Source: Escherichia coli (GTDB lineage Bacteria > Pseudomonadota > Gammaproteobacteria > Enterobacterales > Enterobacteriaceae). From it: a DNA stretch of 64,000 bases. The notes under the pieces were generated by a model that saw only the letters and a list, made by a program, of their open reading frames with translations, made no database searches and had not been told where the DNA came from. Made by a program: the position numbers and the translations under genes. The stretch lies in assembly GCF_003018235.1 (NCBI RefSeq), contig NZ_CP027437.1; one strand, given 5' to 3'. Shown here one piece after another: positions 19,064-46,609 of the stretch. How positions within the stretch are numbered: position 1 is the first letter of the stretch; every line of letters begins with the position of its first letter.

Positions 19064-20332
19064 ATGATTATCAAACGCACTCCTCAAGCCGCGTCGCCTC
19101 TGGCTTCGTGGCTTTCTTATCTGGAAAACCTGCACAGTAAAACTATCGATCTCGGCCTTGAGCGCGTGAGCCAGGTCGCGGCGCGTCTTAGCGTCCTGAA
19201 ACCTGCGCCATTTGTGTTTACCGTTGCGGGTACGAATGGCAAAGGCACCACTTGCCGTACGCTGGAGTCGATTCTGATGGCGGCAGGGTACAAAGTGGGC
19301 GTCTACAGTTCGCCGCATCTGGTGCGTTATACCGAGCGCGTACGTGTGCAGGGCCAGGAATTGCCGGAATCGGCCCACACCGCCTCTTTTGCGGAGATTG
19401 AATCGGCACGCAGTGATATTTCCCTGACCTATTTCGAGTACGGTACGCTGTCGGCGTTGTGGCTGTTCAAGCAGGCACAACTTGACGTGGTGATTCTGGA
19501 AGTAGGGCTGGGCGGTCGTCTGGACGCAACCAATATTGTCGATGCCGATGTCGCGGTAGTAACCAGTATTGCGCTGGATCATACCGACTGGCTGGGGCCA
19601 GATCGCGAAAGTATTGGTCGCGAGAAAGCAGGTATCTTCCGCAGCGAAAAACCGGCAATTGTCGGTGAGCCGGAAATGCCTTCTACCATTGCTGATGTGG
19701 CGCAGGAAAAAGGTGCACTGTTACAACGTCGGGGCGTTGAGTGGAACTATTCCGTCACCGATCATGACTGGACGTTTAGCGATGCTCACGGCACGCTGGA
19801 AAATCTGCCGTTGCCGCTTGTCCCGCAACCGAATGCCGCAACGGCGCTGGCGGCACTGCGTGCCAGCGGGCTGGAGGTCAGTGAAAATGCCATTCGCGAC
19901 GGGATTGCCAGCGCAATTTTGCCGGGACGTTTCCAGATTGTGAGCGAGTCGCCACGCGTTATTTTTGATGTCGCGCATAATCCACATGCGGCGGAATATC
20001 TCACCGGGCGTATGAAAGCGCTACCGAAAAACGGGCGCGTGCTGGCGGTTATCGGTATGCTACATGATAAAGATATTGCCGGAACTCTGGCCTGGTTGAA
20101 AAGCGTGGTTGATGACTGGTATTGTGCGCCACTGGAAGGGCCGCGCGGTGCCACGGCAGAACAACTGCTTGAGCATTTGGGTAACGGCAAATCATTTGAT
20201 AGCGTGGCGCAGGCATGGGATGCCGCAATGGCGGACGCTAAAGCGGAAGATACCGTGCTGGTGTGTGGTTCGTTCCACACGGTAGCACATGTCATGGAAG
20301 TGATTGACGCGAGGAGAAGCGGTGGCAAGTAA
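19064..20332 (+). CDS. folC: Bifunctional folylpolyglutamate synthase / dihydrofolate synthase
   Basis: 422 aa; Mur-ligase family P-loop GTNGKGTT. Confidence 0.95.
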   Translation: MIIKRTPQAASPLASWLSYLENLHSKTIDLGLERVSQVAARLSVLKPAPFVFTVAGTNGKGTTCRTLESILMAAGYKVGVYSSPHLVRYTERVRVQGQELPESAHTASFAEIESARSDISLTYFEYGTLSALWLFKQAQLDVVILEVGLGGRLDATNIVDADVAVVTSIALDHTDWLGPDRESIGREKAGIFRSEKPAIVGEPEMPSTIADVAQEKGALLQRRGVEWNYSVTDHDWTFSDAHGTLENLPLPLVPQPNAATALAALRASGLEVSENAIRDGIASAILPGRFQIVSESPRVIFDVAHNPHAAEYLTGRMKALPKNGRVLAVIGMLHDKDIAGTLAWLKSVVDDWYCAPLEGPRGATAEQLLEHLGNGKSFDSVAQAWDAAMADAKAEDTVLVCGSFHTVAHVMEVIDARRSGGK

Positions 20333-20972
20333 GTTTCAGAATCGGTTAGTGGGCACGATCGTGCTGGTGGCGCTGGGGGTGATTGTACTTCCAGGGCTGC
20401 TGGACGGGCAGAAAAAACATTATCAGGATGAGTTTGCGGCTATCCCGCTGGTGCCAAAAGCGGGCGATCGCGATGAGCCTGATATGATGCCAGCCGCCAC
20501 CCAGGCGTTGCCGACGCAGCCGCCGGAAGGCGCAGCGGAAGAGGTACGGGCAGGTGATGCCGCAGCACCGTCGCTCGATCCGGCCACTATTGCAGCCAAT
20601 AACACCGAGTTTGAACCGGAACCTGCACCGGTCGCCCCACCGAAGCCGAAACCGGTGGAGCCGCCTAAACCGAAGGTTGAAGCACCACCTGCGCCGAAGC
20701 CGGTCGTGGAAGAAAAAGCAGCGCCAACGGGTAAAGCCTATGTTGTACAACTGGGCGCACTGAAAAATGCCGATAAAGTGAATGAGATTGTCGGTAAGCT
20801 GCGCGGTGCCGGTTATCGGGTTTATACGTCGCCATCCACGCCAGTGCAGGGTAAAATTACCCGTATTCTGGTTGGGCCTGATGCTTCCAAAGATAAGCTG
20901 AAAGGTTCGCTGGGTGAGTTGAAGCAACTTTCTGGCTTAAGTGGCGTGGTAATGGGTTATACGCCGAATTAA
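20322..20972 (+). CDS. dedD: Cell division protein DedD (SPOR domain)
   Basis: GTG start, MASKFQNRLVGTIVLVALG…; Pro/Ala-rich linker and C-terminal SPOR-like region. Confidence 0.85.
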   Translation: MASKFQNRLVGTIVLVALGVIVLPGLLDGQKKHYQDEFAAIPLVPKAGDRDEPDMMPAATQALPTQPPEGAAEEVRAGDAAAPSLDPATIAANNTEFEPEPAPVAPPKPKPVEPPKPKVEAPPAPKPVVEEKAAPTGKAYVVQLGALKNADKVNEIVGKLRGAGYRVYTSPSTPVQGKITRILVGPDASKDKLKGSLGELKQLSGLSGVVMGYTPN

Positions 20973-20981
20973 TACGGTCTT

Positions 20982-21066
20982 GCCTGATGCGACGCTGGCG
21001 CGTCTTATCAGGCCTACACAGGGGTAGAACCGTAGGTCGGATAAGGTGTTCACGCCGCATCCGACA
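20982..21066. repeat. BIME: two REP palindromes downstream of dedD
   Basis: GCCTGATGCGACGCTGGCGCGTCTTATCAGGCCTAC … GTAGGTCGGATAAGGTGTTCACGCCGCATCCGAC. Confidence 0.85.
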
Positions 21067-21230
21067 CGCATTGCCCGATGCCGCAAAGGCATAAAAAGTC
21101 GATGGCGTTGAATATTTTTTCAGCGCCATTTTTATTGATGCGTGGGAAGGAAATCCCTACGCAAACGTTTTCTTTTTCTGTTAGAATGCGCCCCGAACAG
21201 GATGACAGGGCGTAAAATCGTGGGACACAT

Positions 21231-21719
21231 ATGGTCTGGATTGATTACGCCATAATCGCGGTGATTGCTTTTTCCTCTCTGGTTAGCCTGATCCGCGGCT
21301 TTGTTCGTGAAGCGTTATCGCTGGTGACATGGGGTTGTGCTTTCTTTGTTGCCAGTCATTACTACACTTACCTGTCAGTCTGGTTTACGGGCTTTGAAGA
21401 CGAACTGGTTCGAAATGGGATTGCCATCGCGGTACTGTTTATCGCTACCCTGATCGTTGGTGCTATCGTGAACTTCGTGATAGGCCAGTTGGTGGAGAAA
21501 ACGGGGTTGTCAGGCACCGATCGGGTGCTGGGCGTCTGTTTCGGTGCGTTGCGCGGTGTGTTGATTGTTGCCGCCATTCTCTTCTTTCTCGACTCCTTTA
21601 CCGGGGTGTCGAAAAGCGAAGACTGGAGCAAATCACAGCTGATCCCGCAGTTCAGTTTTATCATCAGATGGTTTTTTGATTATCTGCAAAGCTCGTCAAG
21701 TTTCTTGCCCAGAGCGTAA
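21231..21719 (+). CDS. cvpA: Colicin V production membrane protein CvpA
   Basis: 162-aa membrane protein immediately upstream of purF. Confidence 0.9.
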   Translation: MVWIDYAIIAVIAFSSLVSLIRGFVREALSLVTWGCAFFVASHYYTYLSVWFTGFEDELVRNGIAIAVLFIATLIVGAIVNFVIGQLVEKTGLSGTDRVLGVCFGALRGVLIVAAILFFLDSFTGVSKSEDWSKSQLIPQFSFIIRWFFDYLQSSSSFLPRA

Positions 21720-21755
21720 GTGCTCTGAGATGTGGCTTAACGAGGAAAAAGACGT

Positions 21756-23273
21756 ATGTGCGGTATTGTCGGTATCGCCGGTGTTATGCCGGTTAACCAG
21801 TCGATTTATGATGCCTTAACGGTGCTTCAGCATCGCGGTCAGGATGCCGCCGGCATCATCACCATAGATGCCAATAACTGCTTCCGTTTGCGTAAAGCGA
21901 ACGGGCTGGTGAGCGATGTATTTGAAGCTCGCCATATGCAGCGTTTGCAGGGCAATATGGGCATTGGTCATGTGCGTTACCCTACGGCTGGCAGCTCCAG
22001 CGCCTCTGAAGCGCAGCCGTTTTACGTTAACTCTCCGTATGGCATTACGCTTGCCCACAACGGCAATCTGACCAACGCGCATGAGTTACGTAAAAAACTG
22101 TTTGAAGAAAAACGCCGCCACATCAACACCACTTCCGACTCGGAAATTCTGCTTAATATCTTCGCCAGCGAACTGGACAACTTCCGCCACTACCCGCTGG
22201 AAGCCGACAACATTTTCGCCGCCATCGCTGCCACAAACCGCTTAATCCGCGGCGCGTATGCCTGTGTGGCGATGATTATCGGCCACGGTATGGTTGCTTT
22301 CCGCGATCCAAACGGTATTCGTCCGCTGGTACTGGGAAAACGTGATATTGACGAGAACCGTACAGAATATATAGTCGCTTCCGAAAGCGTTGCGCTCGAT
22401 ACACTAGGCTTTGATTTCCTGCGTGACGTCGCGCCGGGCGAAGCGATTTACATCACTGAAGAAGGGCAGTTGTTTACCCGTCAATGTGCTGACAATCCGG
22501 TCAGCAATCCGTGCCTGTTTGAGTATGTATACTTTGCTCGCCCGGACTCGTTCATCGACAAAATTTCCGTTTACAGCGCCCGCGTGAATATGGGCACGAA
22601 ACTGGGCGAGAAAATTGCCCGCGAATGGGAAGATCTGGATATCGACGTGGTGATCCCGATCCCGGAAACCTCTTGTGATATCGCGCTGGAAATCGCGCGT
22701 ATTCTGGGCAAACCGTACCGTCAGGGCTTCGTTAAAAACCGCTATGTAGGCCGTACCTTCATCATGCCGGGTCAGCAGCTGCGTCGTAAGTCCGTGCGCC
22801 GTAAACTGAACGCCAACCGCGCCGAGTTCCGCGATAAAAACGTCCTGCTGGTCGACGACTCCATCGTCCGTGGCACCACTTCTGAGCAGATTATCGAGAT
22901 GGCACGCGAAGCCGGAGCGAAGAAAGTGTATCTCGCTTCTGCGGCACCGGAAATTCGCTTCCCGAACGTTTATGGTATTGATATGCCGAGCGCCACGGAA
23001 CTGATCGCTCACGGTCGCGAAGTAGATGAAATTCGCCAGATCATCGGTGCTGACGGGTTGATTTTCCAGGATCTGAACGATCTGATCGAAGCCGTTCGCG
23101 CTGAAAACCCGGATATCCAGCAGTTTGAATGCTCGGTGTTCAACGGCGTCTACGTCACCAAAGATGTTGATCAGGGCTACCTCGATTTCCTTGATACTTT
23201 ACGTAATGATGACGCCAAAGCCGTGCAACGTCAGAACGAAGTGGAAAATCTCGAAATGCATAACGAAGGATGA
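21756..23273 (+). CDS. purF: Amidophosphoribosyltransferase
   Basis: 505 aa; N-terminal MCGIVGI nucleophile motif. Confidence 0.97.
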   Translation: MCGIVGIAGVMPVNQSIYDALTVLQHRGQDAAGIITIDANNCFRLRKANGLVSDVFEARHMQRLQGNMGIGHVRYPTAGSSSASEAQPFYVNSPYGITLAHNGNLTNAHELRKKLFEEKRRHINTTSDSEILLNIFASELDNFRHYPLEADNIFAAIAATNRLIRGAYACVAMIIGHGMVAFRDPNGIRPLVLGKRDIDENRTEYIVASESVALDTLGFDFLRDVAPGEAIYITEEGQLFTRQCADNPVSNPCLFEYVYFARPDSFIDKISVYSARVNMGTKLGEKIAREWEDLDIDVVIPIPETSCDIALEIARILGKPYRQGFVKNRYVGRTFIMPGQQLRRKSVRRKLNANRAEFRDKNVLLVDDSIVRGTTSEQIIEMAREAGAKKVYLASAAPEIRFPNVYGIDMPSATELIAHGREVDEIRQIIGADGLIFQDLNDLIEAVRAENPDIQQFECSVFNGVYVTKDVDQGYLDFLDTLRNDDAKAVQRQNEVENLEMHNEG

Positions 23274-23367
23274 TGCCTTCGCTCAGGGTGCCGGTCTGGC
23301 ACCCTGACTTGCAACTCCCGCCGAAATCCTGCAAAGTCTGCCTGCAAGTCTGACAGGGCAACTATTT

Positions 23368-23937
23368 ATGAAACGACTCATTGTAGGCATCAGCGGTGCC
23401 AGCGGCGCGATTTATGGCGTGCGCTTATTACAGGTTCTGCGCGATGTCGCAGATGTTGAAACGCATCTGGTGATGAGCCAGGCCGCGCGCCAGACCTTAT
23501 CCCTCGAAACGGATTTTTCCCTGCGCGAAGTGCAGGCATTAGCCGATGTGACGCACGATGCGCGCGATATTGCTGCCAGCATTTCTTCCGGTTCTTTCCA
23601 GACACTGGGGATGGTGATTTTACCCTGTTCAATCAAAACCCTGTCCGGCATTGTCCATAGCTATACTGATGGCTTACTGACCCGTGCGGCAGATGTGGTG
23701 CTGAAAGAGCGTCGCCCGTTGGTGCTCTGCGTACGTGAAACACCATTGCACTTAGGCCATCTGCGTTTAATGACTCAGGCAGCAGAAATCGGTGCGGTGA
23801 TTATGCCTCCCGTTCCGGCGTTTTATCATCGCCCGCAATCCCTTGATGATGTGATAAATCAGACGGTTAACCGTGTACTCGATCAATTCGCCATAACGCT
23901 TCCTGAAGATCTCTTTGCCCGCTGGCAGGGCGCATAA
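23368..23937 (+). CDS. ubiX: Flavin prenyltransferase UbiX
   Basis: 189-aa flavoprotein-fold ORF; synteny. Confidence 0.9.
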   Translation: MKRLIVGISGASGAIYGVRLLQVLRDVADVETHLVMSQAARQTLSLETDFSLREVQALADVTHDARDIAASISSGSFQTLGMVILPCSIKTLSGIVHSYTDGLLTRAADVVLKERRPLVLCVRETPLHLGHLRLMTQAAEIGAVIMPPVPAFYHRPQSLDDVINQTVNRVLDQFAITLPEDLFARWQGA

Positions 23938-24202
23938 CTCCGCTGTTGCCCTGTTTCAGGGCAATTTTGCAACCGCGATCAAATCCTCGACATTTTGTTC
24001 CTTTCGATGAATCGAAACGCTGCGATTCAACCGCCATACCTGCTATCTTCAACTTCAGGACAATAATGCAACGTCTTATTAACATATTTAACATTGAATG
24101 TTACTGTTGTCGTAAAGATGGCATAAGACCTGCATGAAAGAGCCTGCAAACACACAACACAATACACAACATAAAAAAGCCATTTTCACTTGAGGGTTAT
24201 GT

Positions 24203-24985
24203 ATGAAGAAGTCGATTCTCGCTCTGTCTTTGTTAGTCGGTCTCTCCGCAGCGGCTTCCAGCTATGCGGCGCTACCGGAGACGGTACGTATCGGAACCGA
24301 TACCACCTATGCGCCGTTCTCATCGAAAGATGCCAAAGGTGACTTTGTTGGCTTTGATATCGATCTCGGTAACGAGATGTGCAAACGGATGCAGGTGAAA
24401 TGTACCTGGGTTGCCAGTGACTTTGACGCGCTGATCCCCTCACTGAAAGCGAAAAAAATCGACGCCATTATTTCGTCGCTCTCCATTACCGATAAACGTC
24501 AGCAGGAGATTGCTTTCTCCGACAAGTTGTACGCCGCAGATTCTCGTTTGATTGCCGCCAAAGGTTCACCGATTCAGCCAACGCTGGATTCACTGAAAGG
24601 TAAACATGTTGGTGTGCTGCAGGGATCAACCCAGGAAGCATACGCTAACGAGACCTGGCGTAGCAAAGGCGTGGATGTGGTGGCCTATGCCAACCAGGAT
24701 TTGGTCTATTCCGATCTGGCTGCAGGACGTCTGGATGCTGCGTTACAAGATGAAGTTGCTGCCAGCGAAGGATTCCTCAAGCAACCTGCTGGTAAAGATT
24801 TCGCCTTTGCTGGCTCATCAGTAAAAGACAAAAAATACTTCGGTGATGGCACCGGTGTAGGGCTACGTAAAGATGATGCTGAACTGACGGCGGCGTTTAA
24901 TAAGGCGCTTGGCGAGCTGCGTCAGGACGGTACCTACGACAAGATGGCGAAAAAGTATTTCGACTTTAATGTCTACGGTGACTGA
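24203..24985 (+). CDS. argT: Lysine/arginine/ornithine-binding periplasmic protein
   Basis: 260 aa with signal peptide; paralogue of the adjacent hisJ. Confidence 0.92.
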   Translation: MKKSILALSLLVGLSAAASSYAALPETVRIGTDTTYAPFSSKDAKGDFVGFDIDLGNEMCKRMQVKCTWVASDFDALIPSLKAKKIDAIISSLSITDKRQQEIAFSDKLYAADSRLIAAKGSPIQPTLDSLKGKHVGVLQGSTQEAYANETWRSKGVDVVAYANQDLVYSDLAAGRLDAALQDEVAASEGFLKQPAGKDFAFAGSSVKDKKYFGDGTGVGLRKDDAELTAAFNKALGELRQDGTYDKMAKKYFDFNVYGD

Positions 24986-25205
24986 TACGTCGCAGGGAAA
25001 CTGTACCTGATGGAATGATCATCATGGTGCACGCCAGGTTTGTTGCACTATCGTGGTGCATTGAAATGCATACTTAAGCATTTTTAATGAAAAATAATAC
25101 GTCTAACGGGGCGGGATATTTTGCCTTGATGGTCAATTTTATGGCACGATAAGTGTAACAAACCTGTAAATATTCCCTATAAAAAGACTGTCAGTTGAGG
25201 ACATT

Positions 25206-25988
25206 ATGAAAAAACTGGTGCTATCGCTCTCTCTGGTTCTGGCCTTCTCCAGCGCAACTGCGGCGTTTGCTGCGATTCCGCAAAACATCCGCATCGGTAC
25301 CGATCCGACCTATGCGCCATTTGAATCAAAAAATTCACAAGGTGAACTGGTTGGCTTCGATATCGATCTGGCAAAGGAGTTGTGCAAACGCATCAATACG
25401 CAATGTACGTTTGTCGAAAACCCACTGGATGCGTTAATCCCGTCCTTAAAAGCGAAGAAGATTGACGCCATCATGTCATCGCTTTCCATTACGGAAAAAC
25501 GTCAGCAAGAAATAGCCTTCACCGACAAACTGTACGCAGCCGATTCTCGTCTGGTGGTGGCGAAAAACTCCGACATTCAGCCGACAGTCGAATCGCTGAA
25601 AGGCAAGCGGGTAGGCGTATTGCAGGGCACCACCCAGGAGACGTTCGGTAACGAACACTGGGCACCAAAAGGCATTGAAATCGTCTCGTATCAGGGGCAG
25701 GACAACATTTATTCTGACCTGACTGCCGGACGTATTGATGCCGCGTTCCAGGATGAGATCGCAGCCAGCGAAGGTTTCCTCAAACAACCCGTCGGTAAAG
25801 ATTACAAATTCGGTGGCCCGTCTGTTAAAGATGAAAAACTGTTTGGCGTAGGGACCGGCATGGGCCTGCGTAAAGAAGATAACGAACTGCGCGAGGCACT
25901 GAACAAAGCCTTTGCCGAAATGCGCGCTGACGGTACTTACGAGAAATTAGCGAAAAAGTACTTCGATTTTGATGTTTATGGTGGTTAA
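25206..25988 (+). CDS. hisJ: Histidine-binding periplasmic protein
   Basis: 260 aa with signal peptide; precedes hisQMP. Confidence 0.92.
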   Translation: MKKLVLSLSLVLAFSSATAAFAAIPQNIRIGTDPTYAPFESKNSQGELVGFDIDLAKELCKRINTQCTFVENPLDALIPSLKAKKIDAIMSSLSITEKRQQEIAFTDKLYAADSRLVVAKNSDIQPTVESLKGKRVGVLQGTTQETFGNEHWAPKGIEIVSYQGQDNIYSDLTAGRIDAAFQDEIAASEGFLKQPVGKDYKFGGPSVKDEKLFGVGTGMGLRKEDNELREALNKAFAEMRADGTYEKLAKKYFDFDVYGG

Positions 25989-26077
25989 TCGCCATCGGTG
26001 AAAGAAAGCCCGCTCCCTTCGGGTAACCGGAGGGAGACAAGAGGCGGTAATTCACCACACACGACAGGACAGGCAGC

Positions 26078-26764
26078 ATGTTGTATGGGTTTTCAGGTGT
26101 TATTTTACAGGGTGCGCTCGTCACGCTGGAGCTGGCTATCAGCTCTGTAGTGCTCGCTGTAATTATCGGTTTAATTGGCGCTGGCGGTAAGCTCTCGCAA
26201 AATCGGCTTTCGGGGCTGATTTTCGAAGGGTACACCACGCTGATTCGAGGCGTGCCGGACTTGGTGTTGATGCTGCTAATTTTCTACGGTTTGCAGATTG
26301 CACTAAACACGGTGACGGAGGCGATGGGCGTCGGGCAGATTGATATCGATCCGATGGTCGCTGGTATTATTACTCTCGGTTTTATCTACGGTGCTTATTT
26401 TACCGAAACGTTCCGTGGTGCTTTTATGGCAGTGCCGAAAGGACATATAGAGGCGGCGACGGCGTTCGGTTTCACTCGTGGGCAAGTGTTTCGGCGGATC
26501 ATGTTTCCGGCGATGATGCGTTACGCCCTGCCAGGCATTGGCAACAACTGGCAGGTGATCCTCAAATCTACCGCTCTGGTTTCGTTACTTGGCCTGGAAG
26601 ATGTGGTCAAAGCCACCCAACTGGCAGGCAAAAGTACCTGGGAACCGTTCTATTTCGCCATCGTCTGTGGCGTGATTTACCTGGTTTTCACCACTGTTTC
26701 CAATGGTGTGCTGCTGTTCCTTGAGCGCCGCTACTCCGTGGGTGTGAAGAGGGCTGACCTGTGA
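26078..26764 (+). CDS. hisQ: Histidine ABC transporter permease HisQ
   Basis: 228-aa permease; operon position. Confidence 0.92.
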   Translation: MLYGFSGVILQGALVTLELAISSVVLAVIIGLIGAGGKLSQNRLSGLIFEGYTTLIRGVPDLVLMLLIFYGLQIALNTVTEAMGVGQIDIDPMVAGIITLGFIYGAYFTETFRGAFMAVPKGHIEAATAFGFTRGQVFRRIMFPAMMRYALPGIGNNWQVILKSTALVSLLGLEDVVKATQLAGKSTWEPFYFAIVCGVIYLVFTTVSNGVLLFLERRYSVGVKRADL

Positions 26765-27477
26765 TCGAAATCTTACATGAATACTGGAAACCGTTGTTGT
26801 GGACCGACGGTTATCGCTTTACTGGCGTGGCGATCACTCTGTGGCTGCTTATTTTGTCGGTAGTGATAGGCGGAGTTCTGGCGCTGTTTCTGGCGATTGG
26901 TCGCGTCTCAAGTAATAAATACATCCAGTTTCCAATCTGGTTATTTACCTATATTTTTCGCGGTACGCCGCTGTATGTTCAGTTGCTGGTGTTCTATTCT
27001 GGCATGTATACGCTGGAGATTGTTAAGGGGACCGAGTTCCTTAACGCCTTTTTTCGCAGTGGCCTGAACTGTACCGTGCTGGCGCTGACGCTTAACACCT
27101 GTGCTTACACCACCGAGATTTTTGCCGGAGCGATCCGTTCAGTGCCGCATGGGGAAATCGAAGCCGCCAGAGCCTATGGCTTCTCGACCTTTAAAATGTA
27201 TCGCTGCATTATTTTGCCATCGGCGCTGCGTATTGCGTTACCGGCATACAGCAACGAAGTGATCCTGATGCTGCACTCTACTGCGCTGGCGTTTACGGCC
27301 ACTGTGCCGGATCTGCTGAAAATAGCCCGCGATATTAACGCCGCCACGTATCAACCTTTTACCGCCTTCGGCATTGCCGCGGTGCTCTATTTAATCATCT
27401 CTTATGTCCTGATCAGCCTCTTTCGCAGAGCGGAAAAACGCTGGTTGCAGCATGTGAAACCGTCTTCAACGCACTGA
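26761..27477 (+). CDS. hisM: Histidine ABC transporter permease HisM
   Basis: 238-aa permease; start overlaps the hisQ stop. Confidence 0.92.
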   Translation: MIEILHEYWKPLLWTDGYRFTGVAITLWLLILSVVIGGVLALFLAIGRVSSNKYIQFPIWLFTYIFRGTPLYVQLLVFYSGMYTLEIVKGTEFLNAFFRSGLNCTVLALTLNTCAYTTEIFAGAIRSVPHGEIEAARAYGFSTFKMYRCIILPSALRIALPAYSNEVILMLHSTALAFTATVPDLLKIARDINAATYQPFTAFGIAAVLYLIISYVLISLFRRAEKRWLQHVKPSSTH

Positions 27478-27484
27478 GAATACG

Positions 27485-28258
27485 ATGTCCGAGAATAAAT
27501 TAAACGTTATCGATTTGCACAAACGCTACGGCGAACACGAAGTGCTGAAAGGGGTCTCACTGCAAGCGAATGCCGGAGATGTCATAAGCATCATCGGATC
27601 GTCGGGATCGGGGAAAAGTACCTTTCTGCGCTGCATTAACTTCCTCGAAAAACCGAGTGAAGGATCGATCGTGGTCAATGGCCAGACGATCAATCTGGTG
27701 CGCGACAAAGACGGTCAACTCAAAGTCGCCGATAAAAATCAGCTGCGCTTACTGCGCACACGCCTGACGATGGTATTCCAGCACTTCAATCTCTGGAGCC
27801 ATATGACGGTGCTGGAAAACGTCATGGAAGCGCCGATTCAGGTGTTGGGCCTGAGCAAGCAGGAAGCGCGCGAGCGGGCGGTGAAGTATCTGGCAAAAGT
27901 TGGGATAGACGAACGTGCGCAGGGGAAATACCCGGTGCACCTGTCCGGTGGTCAGCAACAGCGTGTTTCTATCGCGCGGGCGCTGGCGATGGAACCGGAA
28001 GTTTTACTGTTTGATGAACCTACCTCGGCGCTCGATCCTGAACTGGTAGGCGAAGTGTTACGTATTATGCAGCAATTGGCAGAAGAGGGGAAAACCATGG
28101 TGGTAGTGACTCACGAAATGGGCTTTGCTCGCCATGTTTCTACTCACGTCATTTTCCTCCATCAGGGGAAAATAGAAGAAGAGGGCGCGCCGGAGCAGTT
28201 ATTTGGCAACCCGCAAAGTCCTCGTCTGCAACAGTTCCTTAAAGGTTCGCTGAAATAA
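27485..28258 (+). CDS. hisP: Histidine ABC transporter ATP-binding protein HisP
   Basis: 257 aa; Walker [10 protein letters not shown] and ABC signature LSGGQQQR. Confidence 0.95.
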   Translation: MSENKLNVIDLHKRYGEHEVLKGVSLQANAGDVISIIGSSGSGKSTFLRCINFLEKPSEGSIVVNGQTINLVRDKDGQLKVADKNQLRLLRTRLTMVFQHFNLWSHMTVLENVMEAPIQVLGLSKQEARERAVKYLAKVGIDERAQGKYPVHLSGGQQQRVSIARALAMEPEVLLFDEPTSALDPELVGEVLRIMQQLAEEGKTMVVVTHEMGFARHVSTHVIFLHQGKIEEEGAPEQLFGNPQSPRLQQFLKGSLK

Positions 28259-28454
28259 TTTCCTCTCCGGTGGCTAACGCTGCCGGAGTATTTTCAAGGG
28301 GAATTTGCGAGTCCGCTTCCGCTGAAATGTAAAAGTTGCAGTCCGCTAAAAATAGTTCTGAATTCGCTGTCCAAAGATAAAAACTGCCTGCTGCATTGGG
28401 TGTAAATCGTGGTTATTGTCGCGTCATCTTAAATTTGAGGGGTGACGGAACGCC

Positions 28455-29345
28455 ATGACAATATCGACAACTTCCACGCCGCATGATGCGGTATTTAAAT
28501 CTTTTTTACGCCATCCAGACACCGCGCGGGATTTTATTGATATTCATCTTCCCGCGCCGCTGCGCAAACTGTGTGATTTAACAACGCTTAAACTGGAACC
28601 AAACAGTTTTATTGATGAAGACCTGCGGCAATATTATTCCGACCTCTTGTGGTCTGTGAAAACGCAGGAGGGAGCGGGTTATATTTATGTAGTGATAGAG
28701 CACCAAAGTAAGCCGGAAGAATTAATGGCTTTTCGCATGATGCGCTATTCCATTGCGGCGATGCAAAACCATCTTGATGCAGGTTATAAAGAGCTTCCAT
28801 TGGTGATCCCGATGCTGTTTTATCATGGTTGCAGAAGCCCTTATCCATATTCACTCTGCTGGCTTGATGAATTTGCCGAGCCTGCGATTGCCCGCAAAAT
28901 TTATTCATCGGCTTTTCCGCTGGTGGATATTACCGTGGTGCCGGATGACGAGATTATGCAACATCGCAAAATGGCGCTGTTGGAGTTAATTCAGAAACAT
29001 ATTCGTCAGCGCGATCTGTTGGGATTAGTCGACCAAATTGTTTCGCTGCTAGTTACAGGGAACACTAATGACAGACAGCTAAAAGCCCTGTTTAATTACG
29101 TATTACAAACGGGGGATGCCCAGCGTTTCCGTGCATTTATTGGTGAGATAGCGGAACGCGCACCACAAGAAAAGGAGAAACTGATGACCATTGCTGACAG
29201 ATTACGTGAAGAAGGCGCCATGCAGGGCAAACACGAAGAAGCCCTGCGTATTGCTCAGGAGATGCTGGAGAGAGGTTTAGACCGAGAGTTAGTTCTGATG
29301 GTGACCCGACTTTCGCCTGACGATCTTATCGCGCAAAGCCACTAA
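28455..29345 (+). CDS. rpnB: Recombination-promoting nuclease RpnB (YfcI; PD-(D/E)XK, transposase_31 family)
   Basis: 296 aa, [22 protein letters not shown]…; conserved position after hisP. Confidence 0.85.
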   Translation: MTISTTSTPHDAVFKSFLRHPDTARDFIDIHLPAPLRKLCDLTTLKLEPNSFIDEDLRQYYSDLLWSVKTQEGAGYIYVVIEHQSKPEELMAFRMMRYSIAAMQNHLDAGYKELPLVIPMLFYHGCRSPYPYSLCWLDEFAEPAIARKIYSSAFPLVDITVVPDDEIMQHRKMALLELIQKHIRQRDLLGLVDQIVSLLVTGNTNDRQLKALFNYVLQTGDAQRFRAFIGEIAERAPQEKEKLMTIADRLREEGAMQGKHEEALRIAQEMLERGLDRELVLMVTRLSPDDLIAQSH

Positions 29346-29392
29346 CCCTGTAACACCGGGAGTTAACTGGCGGATGTTTGCAATAAACCACA

Positions 29393-30286
29393 TCAGCGAA
29401 CGACATCCGCCAGCGCCTCTTCTAAATCGTACCAGCGAAACGCAAAACCCGCTTCTTCCAGCCGTTTAGGCAGCGCGCGTTGTCCACCTAATACCAGTAC
29501 TGAAGATTCGCCCATTAACAGCCGAATGGCGGTTGCGGGGACGCGCAAAATAGCCGGGCGATGCAGCGCATGACCGAGCGCATGGGCAAATTGTTCATTG
29601 CGTACCGGGTAGGGCGAAACCATATTAAATGGCCCGCGCAGCTCGTTATCCAGCAGCCAGAGAATGCCGTTGACCATATCATCAATATGAATCCAGGCCA
29701 GATACTGCCGACCGGAACCAATCGGCCCGCCCAGGCCAAGACGAAACGGCGGCAGCATTTTACCGAGAATACCGCCATCCCGTGCCAGCACTACGCCGGT
29801 ACGCAGCAGGCACACTCGCGTTTTGTCACTTTGTGCCCGACAGGCAATTTCTTCCCAGCGGGCGCAGAGTTTATGGGTAAATTCGTTATGCGGCGGTTCC
29901 TCTTCGGTAACCACCACTTCACCTAAGTCGCCATAATAGCCCGTTGCCGAGCCGGAAATGAGTACCGACGGCGGCGTGTCGCTGGCATTAATCAAATCGA
30001 CCAGTTTTTGCGTGATATTCCAGCGGCTTTGGCAGAGACGCTCTTTTTGCTCGTGAGTCCAGCGTTTATCAGCAATCGGCTCTCCGGCCAGGTTGATTAC
30101 CGCATCAACGCCGTTGAGGTTACTTTGATCGGCAAGCCCTTGCCATAGTGTCACCCGAGGGCCGAGAACGGAACTGGCTTTCTGCGGGTTACGCGTCACT
30201 ACCGTGATTTGATGGCCCAGATCCAGCAAACGCGGAATCAAATGGCGACCAATTAATCCCGTCCCTCCGGTGATCACTATCTTCAT
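29393..30286 (-). CDS. yfcH: Epimerase-family protein YfcH (NAD-binding)
   Basis: 297 aa; N-terminal ITGGTGLIG Rossmann motif. Confidence 0.9.
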   Translation of the reverse strand: MKIVITGGTGLIGRHLIPRLLDLGHQITVVTRNPQKASSVLGPRVTLWQGLADQSNLNGVDAVINLAGEPIADKRWTHEQKERLCQSRWNITQKLVDLINASDTPPSVLISGSATGYYGDLGEVVVTEEEPPHNEFTHKLCARWEEIACRAQSDKTRVCLLRTGVVLARDGGILGKMLPPFRLGLGGPIGSGRQYLAWIHIDDMVNGILWLLDNELRGPFNMVSPYPVRNEQFAHALGHALHRPAILRVPATAIRLLMGESSVLVLGGQRALPKRLEEAGFAFRWYDLEEALADVVR

Positions 30287-30306
30287 GCAGCCTCCCGATA
30301 TGGCGG

Positions 30307-30669
30307 TTAACGCTGCCAGCTTAAGGTCATGGATACCGAATCGGCGTAGCGCAGCGCGTGCAGTTTATCGATCTCCACTTCAGCATACGTCACCCAGTGA
30401 TGTTCACGTGCGATATCGAGCACATCCTGAGTTAATTTTTCCAGCAAAGAGAAACGGTTATTCTCTACATGCTGAATAATGTTTTTCGTTACGGTGCGAT
30501 AATTCAGCGCATCGTTGATATCTTCGCTGGTGCGCGCTTTATCGGCGGGGTAGTGGATCGTCACATTGATAACAATATCCTGACGGTTGTTAATTTCTTC
30601 TTCCTTAATTCCGATAAACGTACGTAAACGAAGGTTCTTTATACGAATAATAGCGGCAGGTTGTGCCAT
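30307..30669 (-). CDS. folX: Dihydroneopterin triphosphate 2'-epimerase
   Basis: 120 aa; FolB/FolX fold; synteny. Confidence 0.9.
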
Positions 30670-30725
30670 TGCAGGTTCTCCGTTGTTTTTCTTAGAATGA
30701 AATAATACACGAGAACCTGTTTCTG

Positions 30726-45994
<15,269 letters not shown>

Positions 45995-45997
45995 TGA

Positions 45998-46552
45998 GTG
46001 ATGAAACTGATGTTTGCATCGGACATTCATGGGTCGTTACCGGCGACGGAACGTGTTCTGGAGTTGTTTGCCCAAAGCGGTGCCCAGTGGCTGGTGATCC
46101 TTGGCGACGTGTTGAATCACGGCCCGCGTAATGCTTTACCGGAGGGTTACGCGCCAGCCAAAGTCGCTGAACGGCTTAATGAAGTGGCACATAAGGTTAT
46201 CGCTGTGCGCGGCAACTGCGACAGCGAAGTGGATCAAATGCTTTTGCATTTCCCGATAACCGCGCCGTGGCAACAGGTATTACTGGAAAAACAACGTCTG
46301 TTTTTGACGCATGGTCATCTTTTTGGCCCGGAAAACCTACCTGCTTTAAACCAGAACGATGTGCTGGTGTACGGTCATACCCATCTGCCAGTGGCAGAAC
46401 AGCGGGGGGAGATTTTCCACTTCAACCCCGGCTCGGTGAGTATTCCGAAAGGCGGTCATCCGGCGAGTTATGGCATGCTGGATAATGACGTACTTAGTGT
46501 AATCGCACTCAATGATCAAAGTATCATTGCGCAGGTCGCGATTAATCCGTAA
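45998..46552 (+). CDS. yfcE: Metallophosphoesterase YfcE
   Basis: 184 aa; calcineurin-like motifs (DIHG, GDVLNHGPRN, GHTH). Confidence 0.9.
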   Translation: MMKLMFASDIHGSLPATERVLELFAQSGAQWLVILGDVLNHGPRNALPEGYAPAKVAERLNEVAHKVIAVRGNCDSEVDQMLLHFPITAPWQQVLLEKQRLFLTHGHLFGPENLPALNQNDVLVYGHTHLPVAEQRGEIFHFNPGSVSIPKGGHPASYGMLDNDVLSVIALNDQSIIAQVAINP

Positions 46553-46609
46553 TTTACCCACAACTCAAAATGCGCCGTAAGAGCGCCAGAAAAAGAAGGT
46601 TTCCTGATA